In this document: positions 1 to 12,055 of the stretch, in pieces | Layout: each line of letters starts with the position of its first letter | How positions within the stretch are numbered: position 1 is the stretch's first letter | Source: Macrostomum lignano | Lineage: Eukaryota | DNA length: 64,000 nt | Reading direction: 5' to 3' | NCBI GenBank assembly: GCA_002269645.1 | Contig: NIVC01001476.1 | Coordinates: 186,001-250,000 of the forward strand | The notes under the pieces: model-generated | What the model saw: the letters and a program-made list of their open reading frames with translations, nothing else | The model's database searches: none | Told to the model about the DNA's origin: nothing | Position numbers and translations under genes: made by a program

Positions 1-78
1 TTGTGGGAAAGGATTTCCCATAAGAAAGGAAAAGATTTCAAACAAGGCATAGACATTCATAAGATAGGTTGGACTTAC

Positions 79-1767
79 CCGACTGGATCTTCGTGTCTGA
101 TCCTGAAACGGCACGGATTAAAGCAAGTTTTTCGTTAATTTTTTTACTCTAAAGTTTAATCCTGTTAATACGCAGCTGTGTCTGTGTTGCGCGTGACTCA
201 CCCCTACGCTAAACTCGGCCGACTCTCGAAGATTAGTCTGCGAGCCAGTCTTTTTCTCCATCTAAAGATTATTGAGACGAGTAAGTTTACGATGTACGAT
301 TTCTGCTTTTTAGATTGGATGAACTAGAAGACTTAAAACCTTACGAAAGGCTAGCAGGGACGAGATGATAACCAATCAGAAGGCAGCGAGGGTGAGAGAG
401 AGGAGAGAGAGAAGTCAAGGGGGATGTGGTGATAACCAATCAGAAGGCAGCGAGGGTGAGAGAGAGGAGAGAGAGAAGTCAAGGGGGATGTAGTGATAAC
501 CAATCAGAAGGCAGCGAGGGTGAGAGAGAGGAGAGAGAGAAGTCAAGAGGGATGTGGTGATAACCAATCAGAAGGCAGCGAGGGTGAGAGAGAGGAGAGA
601 GAGAAAGTCAAGAGGGGTGTATTGATAACCAATCAGATGACAGCGAGAATACAGCTTTCACTTAAAGATTAGTAACGTTTTATCAAGGACTACTTAACAA
701 CTAAGTAGTCCTTGCGTTTTATACTACTGAAGCAGGAAATGTGCAGTCGTGTGGCTAACTTACCGCAGCCGCAGCCGCCTTGGCGCCTTTCGTCCTCTTG
801 TACTTGGCGGCCATGTGCAGCGGCGTCATCTGGTCCGGGCCCTCGATGTTGATATCGGCGCCCCGGCGGAGCAGGACTTCGCAGACGCCGACGTGATTGT
901 TCCTGGCGGCGTAGTGCAGCATGGCGCAGCCATTGGCGTCCTTCTTGTCTACGTGGACGTTCTTTCTGCCTCTGCTGGCGCCGCCTCCACCGCCACCGCT
1001 GCCGCCGAAGTTCTGCAGCTGTGGCGGCCCCATCATCTCCTCAAGCTGTTGGGAGCGACCGTCTTTAACGGCCTACAAAAGTCAATAGAGTTTGAAGTCT
1101 GTCCGCATCCTCTTCTGGTTTTGCCCCAGTGCCCAGGTGAAGCATTCTCCTGAGCTCATCTCAGTGTGGTGAAAACACCTCCCGAGTTCATCCCACTGCC
1201 TCCAGGTGAAACCGTCTCCCCAGTTCATCCCTCTGCCTCCAGGTGAAACCGTCTCCCCAGTTCATCCCACTGCCTCCGGGTGATTTCTCAAAACCAATGT
1301 ACCGAAACGCGGCCCCCACGCACCTCAATCATGTCCATAAAGCTGGCGTGGTGCAATCGAAGCCTCCCTCCCTCGATTGGCTCATCGGCTAGGTAGCCGC
1401 CTTCCACTCCGGCAGCTGGATTGTCCTCGGTGGACTCGAAGAATCGAACCATCTGCAGCGGCATGGCGTTGGCCGAATCGGCCGGCGGCAGAACCGCTCC
1501 GCTGCTGTTGCGGTGCGCCATGGCTGCGGCGGATGCGGCCTCAGGCTGTTCGAGCTGGCTTCTGGGCAGCGGCTCCGGGGATTCGTAGCCAGGAGCTTTG
1601 GGCGGCGGCTTGCCTTTTTTCCTCCTGCTTCGACTGGGCTGGTCGCCCTTGCTGCTAGTGACTTCGACTTCGGGCAGCGGCCAGGGAACGTACTGTCCTG
1701 AATCGGAGCGCTCGTCTGCGTTGATTTGTTCTCCTTGGTTGTCCTCCCGCAGGTCCGCAGCACTCAT
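79..1767 (-). CDS. Ankyrin-repeat protein, probably TRPA1-like channel (N-terminal exons; gene continues off the left edge)
   Basis: Exons 1767-1324 (ATG...MDMIE|GTGCGT), 1072-764 (tttgtag|AVKDGRSQQLEEMMG...LHYAARNNHVGVCEVLLRRGADINIEGPDQMTPLHMAAKYKR...|GTAAGT), and phase-0 microexons 237-202 (TNLRESAEFSVG) and 102-79 (DQTRRSSR). Ankyrin consensus is clear. TRPA assignment is by resemblance only; the TM domain is outside the window. Confidence 0.7.
367..640. repeat. ~65-bp tandem repeat (~4 copies) in intron
   Basis: Repeated gataaccaatcagaaggcagcgagggtgagagagaggagagagagaagtcaag unit. Confidence 0.9.
1170..1285. repeat. ~38-bp tandem repeat (~3 copies) in intron 1 of the ankyrin gene
   Basis: Repeated gtgaaaccgtctccccagttcatcccactgcctccag unit. 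Confidence 0.8.
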
Positions 1768-2928
1768 GACCCGTTGGGGCGGCTCTGTGAACGCCTGTGG
1801 GCGGCGTGAGTGTCGCTTTTGAGGCGCGGGAGAAACCGATAATAAAACTTGGGGTGGCGTTGGCGGAGACGATGGAGAGAAAGAGAGAGAGAGGCCTTCG
1901 CCTATTGCAGGACTGTGTGGGGCTGGAGTGGAAACTCACCCGGTGAGGGCTTGGAATTCTGCAGTGAGCAGAGGGTGTGCGCAGCAAACTCGGGGTCGGC
2001 ACTGGCGCATTTGAGTCGCTCAAAAAAAGATTTGCAAAGCAGAGCGAGCAAGAAATGCATTGCTTTTTATTGTTATCGGTTGGCCCAGGCAACTACACAA
2101 CGCACTGCTCAGACCCCTTAATGCTTCTATTTCTGGGCCGAAGCCTTGAGCAGTGGGGGTAGGTTTTGTATTTAATCTGTCAACCAACTAGGAGAAGGCA
2201 TCGCAAGACGCAATAACCGAGTTCTTTAGCTTGCTCGCTCGCATTCAGTCTTGACTCAAATTCACCCTCCCCTCTCTGACTCAAACCCCAAGATCATATC
2301 GCATTGTCGTGGGCTCTTTCGACATCTTATTTTTCCGGTGGCCAGATAGCGCACTGACAGGTCGAGGGAGGACTGTGGAATGGTGGGCGGCGGCTGCTTC
2401 GGTTGCCAGGTGCGCGCACAGTGCTTCTGCCTCATTTAATTGAGAATGAGCTGAAGGCATAGATTTGAGTACCCAGCTAGGCATGCTTGGGTCAAGACAG
2501 AGCAGTGGCAAGAGATTGAGTTGGTTCTGTTCTGTAGGCATTCGCCATTTCAGATGCTTTACCCTTTAAGCTCTCAGTTGTGCTTGCGCCGTGTCCAAAA
2601 AAATGTGTTGAAGTGTTTTTTATCGTAGCAATGAGCATTTTGTCTGCCAGCACTAGCATTTAAGGTCAACTAATTATAATATAAATAATATAACTAACTA
2701 ATAATATATATATAACTAGCTACACAGCTTGGCATGCTGTCAATACTGTGACACGCATCGTGGCACTGAGTATGACACTCACTAGCTACACAGCTTGGCA
2801 TGCTGCCAATACTGTGACACGCATCGTGGCACTGAGTGTGACAAAAGCTTTTTAAATTTTATGTAGCAATAATTTGTGTTAAAATTTTCTGTGGAAAATC
2901 GAGTATGGGTGGATAAAAAAAGTTGGCG

Positions 2929-3196
2929 ATGAGCAATCAAGAAGTTTCCGTTTGGCTCAGCCTGACGCTGTGTCTCGGCATCTGCATGCTGGTGTCAGGC
3001 TCCGGTAAGCTTGATGGAGCCGCGACTGGCCACTTGTGACCTTGATTGAGCTCGATCCTAACACTCACTTTCTAAATGATCTTTTCTCAACAACTTTCTC
3101 AGCAGCCGCGCTGCTGCCATGCAAGCTGCTCACCAAGTCTGACGGCACCGGCCGCGAGTTCCGCGTCAACCCCGGCGCTTTGGCGTTCGAGAGCCC
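2929..3196 (+). CDS. Signal-peptide exon plus start of exon 2 of a secreted/membrane protein, cut off by a microsatellite
   Basis: 2929-3004 [25 protein letters not shown]|GTAAGC. Acceptor ttctcag at 3102, then [32 protein letters not shown] runs directly into (GTCT)n. Confidence 0.55.
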
Positions 3197-3552
<356 letters not shown>

Positions 3553-3631
3553 GCACTGAGATTGATGCCTTCCTCAGGTTCATTGCTAGACTGTCTGTCT
3601 ACCACGAAATGAATCCACCCTCCGCTTTTAG

Positions 3632-4161
3632 ATCGACTCGAGTTTGGCACAATGTTCGCTGACGGCGGTCTATTAGCCATGGCCTTTGTATTTTTTTATA
3701 TTCTGTTGACTGTGCTCACGACTGTCCACCTGTTCGTGGCCATCATGCTGGTGTCGTTCCGGACTGTGCGCCAGCGCTGGAACAGCGGCCTGGAAGGGCA
3801 CTCGCTTCTGCGCTATGCCGCCTTGCGTGTGTCTTACCTGCTGGGATGCTCGTCCAGCAGGGGGAAGCCGCACTGGCGGCTGAATCAGGGCAAAGGTGAG
3901 TCATCCGCTCACCGAGGCCTGAAACTCGGCAACAACCCCCCCCCCCGACTGAGTTAATGTCAAGCAAATGTTTCGTCCATTTTTGGTTTCGCAGAAGCCA
4001 GCAAAACAGCGTGCGATTTTGAGGAGCTGAAGCTGCGCCTGCTGCGCATCGAGAGCATCATCGGGACCGCCGATGCCCAGTGGGTGGGCTTCCTGCGCCA
4101 GTTCCAGCCGCAGGCGATGTCGAAGGAATCCGAGGCGCTTGGATGGAAGATCTACATGTAG
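3632..4161 (+). CDS. C-terminal exons of a polycystin (PKD1L/PKD2-like) channel protein: pore/S6 helix and coiled-coil tail
   Basis: Exon 3632-3895 (RLEFGTMFADGGLLAMAFVFFYILLTVLTTVHLFVAIMLVSFRTVRQ...HSLLRYAALRVSYLLG...|GTGAGT) and exon 3995-4161 (EASKTACDFEELKLRLLRIESII...WKIYM*). Phases join. The pattern resembles the polycystin last TM helix (F..L.....LF.AI) and cytoplasmic tail. Confidence 0.6.
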
Positions 4162-4207
4162 AGAGTGTGGCCGGTTGAGTGTGGCCAGGGACAGCTAGGC
4201 ACTTAGG

Positions 4208-5100
4208 CGATTTAGACACGATCTTATAGGCGATTTAGACACGATCTTATAGGTGATTTAGACACGATCTTATAAGTGATTTAGACACGATCTTATATAG
4301 GCGATTTAGACACGGTCTTATAAGTGATTTAGACACGATCTTATAGGTAATTTAGACACGATCTTATAGGTGATTTAGACACGATCTTATAAGTGATTTA
4401 GACACGATCTTATAGGTAATTTAGACACGATCTTATAGGTAATTTAGACACGATCTTATAGGTAATTTAGACACATCACTGAGGGCGATTTATACACACC
4501 ACTGAGGGCGATTTAGACACAGATTTGAGGTGATTTAGACACAGATATTGAGGTGATTTAGACACAGATATTGGGGTGATTTAGACACAAATATTGGGGT
4601 GATTTAGACAGATATTGGGGTGATTTAGACAGATATTGGAGTGATTTAGACACAGATATTGAGGTGATTTGGACAGATATTGGGGTGATTTAGACACAGA
4701 TATTGGGGCGATTTAGACAGATATTGGGGTGATTTAGACACAGATATTGGGGCGATTTAGACACAGATATTGGGGCGATTTAGACACAGATATTGGGGAG
4801 ATTTAGACACAGATATTGGGGCGATTTAGACACAGATATTGGGGCGATTTAGACACAATATATTTAATCAGTCTTTATCAACCTTGATGTAGTGTCTAAA
4901 TCGCCCCAATATCTGTGTCTAAATCGCCCCAATATCTGTGTCTAAATCTCCCCAATACTTGTGTCTAAATCATCCCAATATCTGTGTCTAAATCGCCCGA
5001 ATATCTGTGTCTAAATCTCCCCAATATCTGTGTCTAAATCTCCCCAATATCTGTGTCTAAATCGCCCCAATATCTGTGTCTAAATCGCCCCAATATCTCT
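4208..5100. repeat. 21-23-bp satellite with an inverted arm (foldback)
   Basis: gatttagacacgatcttatag / gatttagacacagatattgggg units at 4208-4857; reverse-complement units (tgtctaaatcgccccaatatctg) at ~4891-5100. Confidence 0.9.
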
Positions 5101-5234
5101 GTAAGCTTGGCACATTAAGAAAAAGAACTAGCATACTTCGGTGCACGAATTTACGCTTCATACTACTTTATACGTTACTAACAAGCATTCTGGGTTAAGC
5201 GGGACATAAAGTATGGAAACAGTAAGCATTAAAT

Positions 5235-8128
5235 TTATGTATAATATTCATGAGATACGAGCAGCCAGACTACTATATGCTTGGCAATCAGGCAGGTCAC
5301 CGTCCGGAAGCTTAGCACAGCAGCAGCGCTCGATACAGCTCCACCTGTTGCGGTCCCAGCAGAATCTGAGTTCCTAGCCATGGCAGTCTTCTGAGCTGGG
5401 ATCAGAAATGAGTACGCGGTGTTTACTACTTTTGACAGCATAGAACTGCTTTTATAATTTACTAACTATGGAGCTTGACTTGCCTGTCGTGTCCGAGGTA
5501 GTGGGCCGCATCGCTCGGACAGCGCCGGTTCGGACAGCTGCGTCAGCGGCCCGGCCAGGCGGGCGGCCGCGGAGCCGCACAGTCGGTTGGCGGAGGCTTC
5601 GACGCAGTCGAGAAGGCGGTGATAGTGACTGCGAAGAGTTAGGGTTAGGTTTAGGGTCTAGTAGTCAAGAGTCTATTAGTGGCAGACTCGTTCTCAGGGA
5701 GATGTGCATGGTCCTAACCGGCCTTCCTCAGACTTAACTCGTTGCAAACCTGTTGCTTTCCCTTTAATAAGGCGCGACATAAACAACGGATTGACGAGCT
5801 GACCACCTCGGACAACAACCGTGACCTTTGTGCTTTGAAGGCCCAAAAAGTAAACTTTTATCAGATTTTCATTCCAAATCATTTGTCGACTATCAGGGCT
5901 CTGTGGCTACTTTAGCTAGTGACTCACACCTGTCACTCCTGACTAAAGCTAATTGCGGGAAAGCCTTTGAAAATTGACTCCCAGACGCGGATGCAAAAAT
6001 ATAATTGGGCTTGCATAGTTGAAATATTTTTGCTTGGTCCGTGTAGTTTTGAGGACCCAGTAAGATTTCCGGTTGCGCTTCCGGAGCTTCCAGAAATTCC
6101 AGAGCACTCACTCGGGCTCGGCTTACCTGCACAGGTGGCCAGACCAGACTGGCGCCCTGCTGCTGTAGCAGGATTGGACTAGCTGGGGCCCCGCTGATCG
6201 GTAGCACAGGAACACCACCGGGTAGTCTGCGGGGAGGGGGGTTGGAGGAATAGTGATGACGAAGCCACGCTTAGCTGTGCAGTCTCATTTGGTGAGTGAG
6301 TCAGCTGCTTCTTCAGAGACTTTGTTAAGCGTCTAGCATTTGTGCGAGCTTGCTAGGGCGCTTGTTGCTACCGCCCAGTAACCCGGTAAACCTCATTTTT
6401 GAATCCTGATCCCGAATCCCGATCCCGAATCCCGAATCCCAATCCCGAATCCCGATCCCGACTCTGAATCCCGACTCTGAATCCCGATCCCGATCTCGAA
6501 TTCCAAATCCCATCCCAAAAATATCGAATCCCAAATCCCGATCCCGAATCCAAAGCCCAAATCCCGAATTCCGACTCCTGAATCCCGATCCCGATCTCGA
6601 AGTCCAAATCCCGATCCCAAATCCCGAATCCCGATCCCGATCCCGATCCCGAATCCCAAATCCCAAATCCCGATCCCGATCCCGAATACCGAATCCCGAA
6701 TCCCGATCCCGATCCCGAATCCCCATCCCGATCCCAAATCCCCATCTCGATCTCGAATCCCAATTCCAATCCCGAATCCCGAATCCCGAATCCCGATCCC
6801 GAATCCCAAATCCCAAATCCCGATCCCGATCCCGATCCCGATCCCGAATCCTGAGTCAATTGTTGAATTGTAGTTAAACGCGCAGAAGCAGCTGTCGCTC
6901 ACCCCACAGGCTCTCGTCCAGACAGAGTCGACGCAAAACAGTAAAAAAGGGACCGACAAGCTTTTCAGAGGCTTCAAAATCGCCGTCGGTTGAAGCTCTG
7001 CGGCACAGGCCGCCCGCCATCGCGTCGCAATTCTCAAACTGCTGGGTGAGCCTTTAAAATTCGGAAAATAGCTGCTTTTAGTGCGGCTTTCGTCATTTTG
7101 ACATGGTTGTTGTGTATTGGGGGTGGCTGTTGTGTTTTGGGGGGGGGGTGGGTTTTGTTTATTGCGGGTGGGTGTTGTGTTTTGGGGTGGTTGCTGTTTA
7201 TTGGGGAGGCTGTTGTGTTTAGGGTGGTTGTTGTGTTTTGGGGTGGGTGTTGTGTTTTGGGGAGGCTGTTGTGTTTGGGGTGGTTGCTGTGCTTTGGGGT
7301 GGGTGTTGTGTTTTGAGGAGGCTGTTGTGTTTGGGGAGTCTGTTGTGTTTTGGGGTGGATATTGTGTCTAGGGTGGGTATTGTGTTTGGGGTTGGTATTG
7401 TGTTTTTTTGGGGCCGTAGCCCAGCGGTAGCGCAGCTGCTCTGGTGTGCCAGCGACCCAGGCTCGATTCCAAGTGCAGTCACATTAATTTGGGGCTGAAT
7501 TGGAATCTCGGCTTGGCTCTGCTCGTGCAATTAACGGCCTTGAGAGCCAACCCCCCAAGGCGCAGTGAAGTGTACATGCCTAACGATAATATAAAGTTAG
7601 GGCCGCTGTACACTCCTGTGTGAGTGTGTGCCTGCGTACGTATCCGCGCGCTTGTATGCCTGCTCAGGGGAGTCGGCGGAATGGGCAGCAATGCCTCTCG
7701 CCGGTTGTGTGCCTATGTCGCTTAAAGTGCACACAACCCCCCTGCCTCTAATAAAAAAATTTGTGTTTCGGGGTGGGTATTGTGTTTTGGGGGTGGGTAT
7801 TGTGTCTGGGGTGGGTATTGTGTTTGGGGTGGTTGTTGTTTATTGGGGGTTGGTGTTGTGTTTTGATGTCGTTGTTGTGTATTGGGGTGGTTTTCGTGTT
7901 TTTGGGTGTGTGTTGTGTTTTGGGGGTGTTGTACCAAACAAAAATCAAGCAGCCAGTAGGCGCCTGACCTGCAGGCAGTCTGCATCTCGATGGGGTGCAG
8001 GCTGCCCGCGAACAGCGGAATCGAGCCGGCCGTCATCAGTCGCAGCCGGTCGCTCACCCGCCGCCTGCACAGCGCCGCTTTTTTGACGTCGGCCTCAAAG
8101 CACACCGGTAGGGTGGGTGGTATTTTGC
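5235..8128 (-). CDS. Cys-rich helical-repeat surface protein (DUF19/T20D4.11-like pattern), hydrophobic C-terminus (possible GPI signal); 5' exons not resolved
   Basis: Phase-consistent exons 8128-7969, 7051-6903, 6226-6127, 5628-5484 (GCAAGT donor), 5390-5235. Translation: ...CFEADVKKAALCRRR...ACRLTQQFENCDAMAGGLCRR...LCLDESLWDYPVVFLCYRSAGPQLVQSCY...HLCSHYHRLLDCVEASANRLCGSAAARL...TCLIAKHIVVWLLVSHEYYT*. Confidence 0.6.
6400..6852. repeat. (ATCCCG/ATCCCA)n degenerate hexamer satellite, intronic
   Basis: atcccgaatcccgatcccg runs; source of the GFGIRD ORFs. Confidence 0.95.
7100..7930. repeat. Degenerate GT-rich ~18-bp repeat (tgttgtgttttgggg), split by a SINE
   Basis: Arrays at ~7100-7410 and ~7760-7930. 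Confidence 0.85.
7410..7640 (+). mobile_element. tRNA-derived SINE (family with ...agttagggccgctgtacac 3' motif)
   Basis: A box tagcccagcgg, B box ggctcgattcc; 3' motifs gtgtacatgcct..acgat and gggccgctgtacac shared with copies elsewhere in the window. Confidence 0.7.
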
Positions 8129-8144
8129 CTGTAATCAGAGTGGA

Positions 8145-8645
8145 GATTGGGATTTTGGGATCGGGATTTTGGGATCGGGATTTCGGAATCGGGATTTTGG
8201 GATCGGGATTTTGGGATCGGGATTTTGGGATCGGGATTTTGGGATCGGGATTTTGGGATCGGGATTTTGGGATCGGGATTTTGGGATCGGGATTTTGGGA
8301 TCGGGATTTTGGGATCGGGATTTCGAGATCGGGATTTCGGAATCGGAATTTCGGGATCGAGATTTGAATTTTTGGATCGAGATTTCGGGATCCGGATTTT
8401 GGGATCGGGATTTCGGGATAGGGATTTTGGGATCGGGATTTCGGGATCGGGATTTTGGGATCGGTATTTTGGTATTTTAATTTCGGGATCTGAATTTTGG
8501 GATTTGAATTTTGGGATCAGGATTTGAATTTTGTTATCGGAATTTCGAGATCGGGGTTTGAATTTTTGGATCGGAATTTCGGGATCGGGATTTCGAAGTC
8601 GGGATTCAGGATTCGAATTTGGGATCAGCATTCGGGTCTTGGGAT
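8145..8645. repeat. (GGGATC GGGATTT)n satellite, reverse complement of the 6400-6852 array
   Basis: gggatcgggattttgggatcgggatt units. Confidence 0.95.
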
Positions 8646-9314
8646 TCTTAAACAAGAGAATAAAAAAACATTACAAAGCCTAAATCCAATAGTTCGCCTA
8701 CTTGTTGATGCTAAGATTCGCGCCTTAAGCAAGCAGTTTTATCCTTACTCAGAGAGTTTGGATATTTAGCAGGAAAAATGATGCCAAGGATTACTTTTTT
8801 CAGGTGCGCAGTTCCCTGTTGCGGTGAAAATTATACCGTAGGCTCTATTGCTTTTCTGACTGCCTTTCTTGGTGCAGACGGCAGTTCCACTTCAGATGGA
8901 AGCCTGTCCGCCTACGGTAAACATACGGCACACGGGGAACGGGATCCACTTTAGGAGTGCTGGTGGCTGCATGAATTCGAATATTCGATTCCATGGGGCA
9001 AATTCAGGACGATGAATTTAGGAATTCTGCAGATAGCTGGATAGCACAACTTCTTGGCTTCGGCATGCTACAATCATTGGAAAATCTTTTTTCACAACGC
9101 AGATATTGCGCGGCATTTGGCGTTGCAGTCGAATGGAGCAGAGTTTCATTTTGGCTGCCATTTTGCAGTAGCAAAATAAGAGAAAACAAATCTTTTAATA
9201 TAGGAGCTAAAATAATCATCGTAAATAATAAATATAATTACATAAACCAATACTAAATATTAATCTAGTAAATACTGGTGTCTATGGTATTCACTAAAAT
9301 ATCACAATATGGAA

Positions 9315-9745
9315 TGTATAGCGATTGTAACAGTCACTATAGAATTTGTGACAGTCACTATAGAGATTGTGACAGTCAATATAGAGATTGTGACAGTCAC
9401 TATAGAGATTGTGACAGTCACTATAGAGATTGTGACAGTCACTATAGAGATTGTGATAGTCACTATAGAGATTGTGACAGTCACTATAGAGATTGTGACA
9501 GTCAATATAGAGATTGTGACAGTCACTATAGAGATTGTGACAGTCACTATAGAGATTGTGACAGTCACTATAGAGATTGTGACAGTCACTATAGAGATTG
9601 TGACAGTCACTATAGAGATTGTGACAGTCACTATAGAGATTGTGACAGTCAATATAGAGATTGTGACAGTCAATATAGAGATTGTGACAGTCACTATAGA
9701 GATTGTGACAGTCAATATAGAGATTGTGACAGTCACTATAGAACT
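9315..9745. repeat. 21-bp minisatellite (~20 copies)
   Basis: attgtgacagtcactatagag unit; contains gtgac-a-gtcac and ctatag palindromes. Confidence 0.97.
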
Positions 9746-10079
9746 GGAATTAGCAAAGCAGTAAAAAGCAGCATAGCAACACGGGCTCACCATCTGAAAG
9801 ACAGTAGACAGTGCACAGAATGTGTAGGGCAGCGTTCAAAGTCCGCATAATCAGTATACGTAGATTTGGTCCTATTTGATGAATCTATATGTTAAGAGTT
9901 TTCTTATTACAGAAATTTTGCAAGCGTTGCTCTTATCAATGCTTTCCGAGCTCCACATGCAGTTCAACTGCCTGAGCCAATCAGGAATCCTGATCATCAG
10001 TTCTGATTCTTCTTCCTTCTTGTGGGAATAGTTTCAAGCACTAAATAGCAGAATTTACCTAAAGCTAAAATTAGGGAGT

Positions 10080-11915
10080 CGTTGGTGTGTTTAAAACCGG
10101 TTGATGTGTTTAAAACCTGTTGGTGTGTTTAAAACCTGTTGGTGTGTTTAAAACCTGTTGGTGTGTTTAAAACCGGTTGGTGTGTTTAAAACCTGTTGGT
10201 GTGTTTAAAACCTGTTGGTGTGTTTAAAATCGGCTGGTGTGCTTAAAACCTGTTGGTGCGTTTAAAACCGGCTGGTGTGTTTAAAACCCGCTGGTGTGTT
10301 TAAAACCTGTTGGTGTGCTTAAAACCGGTTGGTGTGTTTAAAACCTGTTGGTGTGTTTAAAACCGGTTGGTGTGTTTAAAACCGGTTGGTGTGTTTAAAA
10401 CCTGTTGGTGTGTTTAAAATCGGCTGGTGTGTTTAAAACCCGCTGGTGTGTTTAAAACCTGTTGGTGTGTTTAAAACCGTTAATGTGTTTAAAACCTGTT
10501 TGTGTGTTTAAAATCGGCTGGTGTGCTTAAAACCTGTTGGTGCGTTTAAAACCGGCTGGTGTGTTTAAAACCGGCTAGTGTGTTTAAAACCGGTTGGTGT
10601 GTTTAAAACCGGTTGATGTGTTTAAAACCTGTTGGTGTGTTTAAAACCTGTTGGTGTGTTTAAAACCGGCTGGTGTGTTTAAAACCTGTTGGTGTGTTTA
10701 AAACCGGCTGGTGTGTTTAAAACCTGTTGGTGTGTTTAAAACCGGTTGGTGTGTTTAAAACCTGTTGGTGTGTTTAAAACCGGTTGGTGTTTTTAAAACC
10801 GGTTGATGTGTTTAAAACCTGTTGGTGTGTTTAAAACCTTTTTGTGTGTTTGAAAACCGTTGGTGTGTTTAAAACCTGTTTGTGTGTTTAAAATCGGCTG
10901 GTGTGCTTAAAACCTGTTGGTGCGTTTAAAACCGGCTGGTGTGTTTAAAACCGGCTGGTGTGTTTAAAACCTGTTGATGTGTTTAAAACCTGTTGGTGTG
11001 TTTAAAACCTGTTGGTGTGTTTAAAACCGGCTGGTGTGTTTAAAACCTGTTGGTGTGTTTAAAACCGGTTGGTGTGTTTAAAATCGGCTGGTGTGCTTAA
11101 AACCTGTTGGTGCGTTTAAAACCGGCTGGTGTGTTTAAAACCGGTTGATGTGTTTAAAACCTGTTGGTGTGTTTAAAACCTGTTGGTGTGTTTAAAAACC
11201 GTTGGTGTGTTTAAAACCTGTTTGTGTGTTTAAAATCGGCTGGTGTGCTTAAAACCTGTTGGTGCGTTTAAAACCGGCTGGTGTGTTTAAAACCGGTTGA
11301 TGTGTTCAAAACCTGTTGGTGTGTTTAAAACCTGTTGGTGTGTTTAAAAACCGTTGATGTGTTTAAAACCGGTTGGTGTGTTTAAAATCGGCTGGTGTGC
11401 TTAAAACCTGTTGGTGCGTTTAAAACCGGCTGGTGTGTTTAAAACCGGTTGATGTGTTTAAAACCTGTTGGTGTGTTTAAAACCTGTTGGTGTGTTTAAA
11501 AACCGTTGGTGTGTTTAGAACCTGTTTGTGTGTTTAAAATCGGCTGGTGTGCTTAAAACCTGTTGGTGCGTTTAAAACCGGCTGGTGTGTTTAAAACCGG
11601 TTGATGTGTTTAAAACCTGTTGGTGTGTTTAAAACCTGTTGGTGTGTTTAAAAACCGTTGGTGTGTTTAAAACCTGTTTGTGTGTTTAAAATCGGCTGGT
11701 GTGCTTAAAACCTGTTGGTGCGTTTAAAACCGGCTGGTGTGTTTAAAACCGGCTGGTGTGTTTAAAACCGGTTGATGTGTTTAAAACCTGTTGGTGTGTT
11801 TAAAACCTGTTGGTGTGTTTAAAAACCGTTGGTGTGTTTAAAACCTGTTGGTGTGTTTAAAACCTGTTGGTGTGTTTAAAACCTGTTGGTGTGTTTAAAA
11901 CCGGCTGGTGTGTTC
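10080..11915. repeat. 19-bp satellite (~96 units) with 152-bp higher-order repeat
   Basis: ggtgtgtttaaaacctgtt unit; the marker variant aaaatcggctggtgtgctt recurs about every 152 bp from ~11081 to ~11688. Confidence 0.97.
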
Positions 11916-12055
11916 AAGACTGCTCAATCGATGCACCATCCATTGGTTCAGCAAAGAATCAAGAACAAAGCCAAAGTGAACTTCCGCTCGCAACCGGAAG
12001 TCAGAGCTGCATTAATATTTTTACAAATTAGCAAACAATGTCGAGTGAGGTTTTG

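Noticed and set aside
685-715. 13-bp hairpin caaggactactta-acaac-taagtagtccttg (related sequence near 49895-49934)
   Set aside because: Probably a tiny MITE remnant or footprint; too short to assign, and not an intrinsic terminator in a eukaryotic intron.
2281-2541. Minus-strand 86-aa ORF upstream of the ankyrin gene
   Set aside because: No motif and no donor/acceptor linking it to exon 1; more likely promoter or 5' UTR sequence.
7410-7490. Possible tRNA genes at the A/B-box sites (7410, 12704, 19600-19662, 63690-63750)
   Set aside because: No intact acceptor stem or cloverleaf is evident and all continue into SINE bodies.
8790-9219. Candidate upstream exons for the Cys-rich gene (ORF 9004-9219 and 8835-8910)
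   Set aside because: No splice combination found that gives the required phase 1 and a convincing signal peptide.
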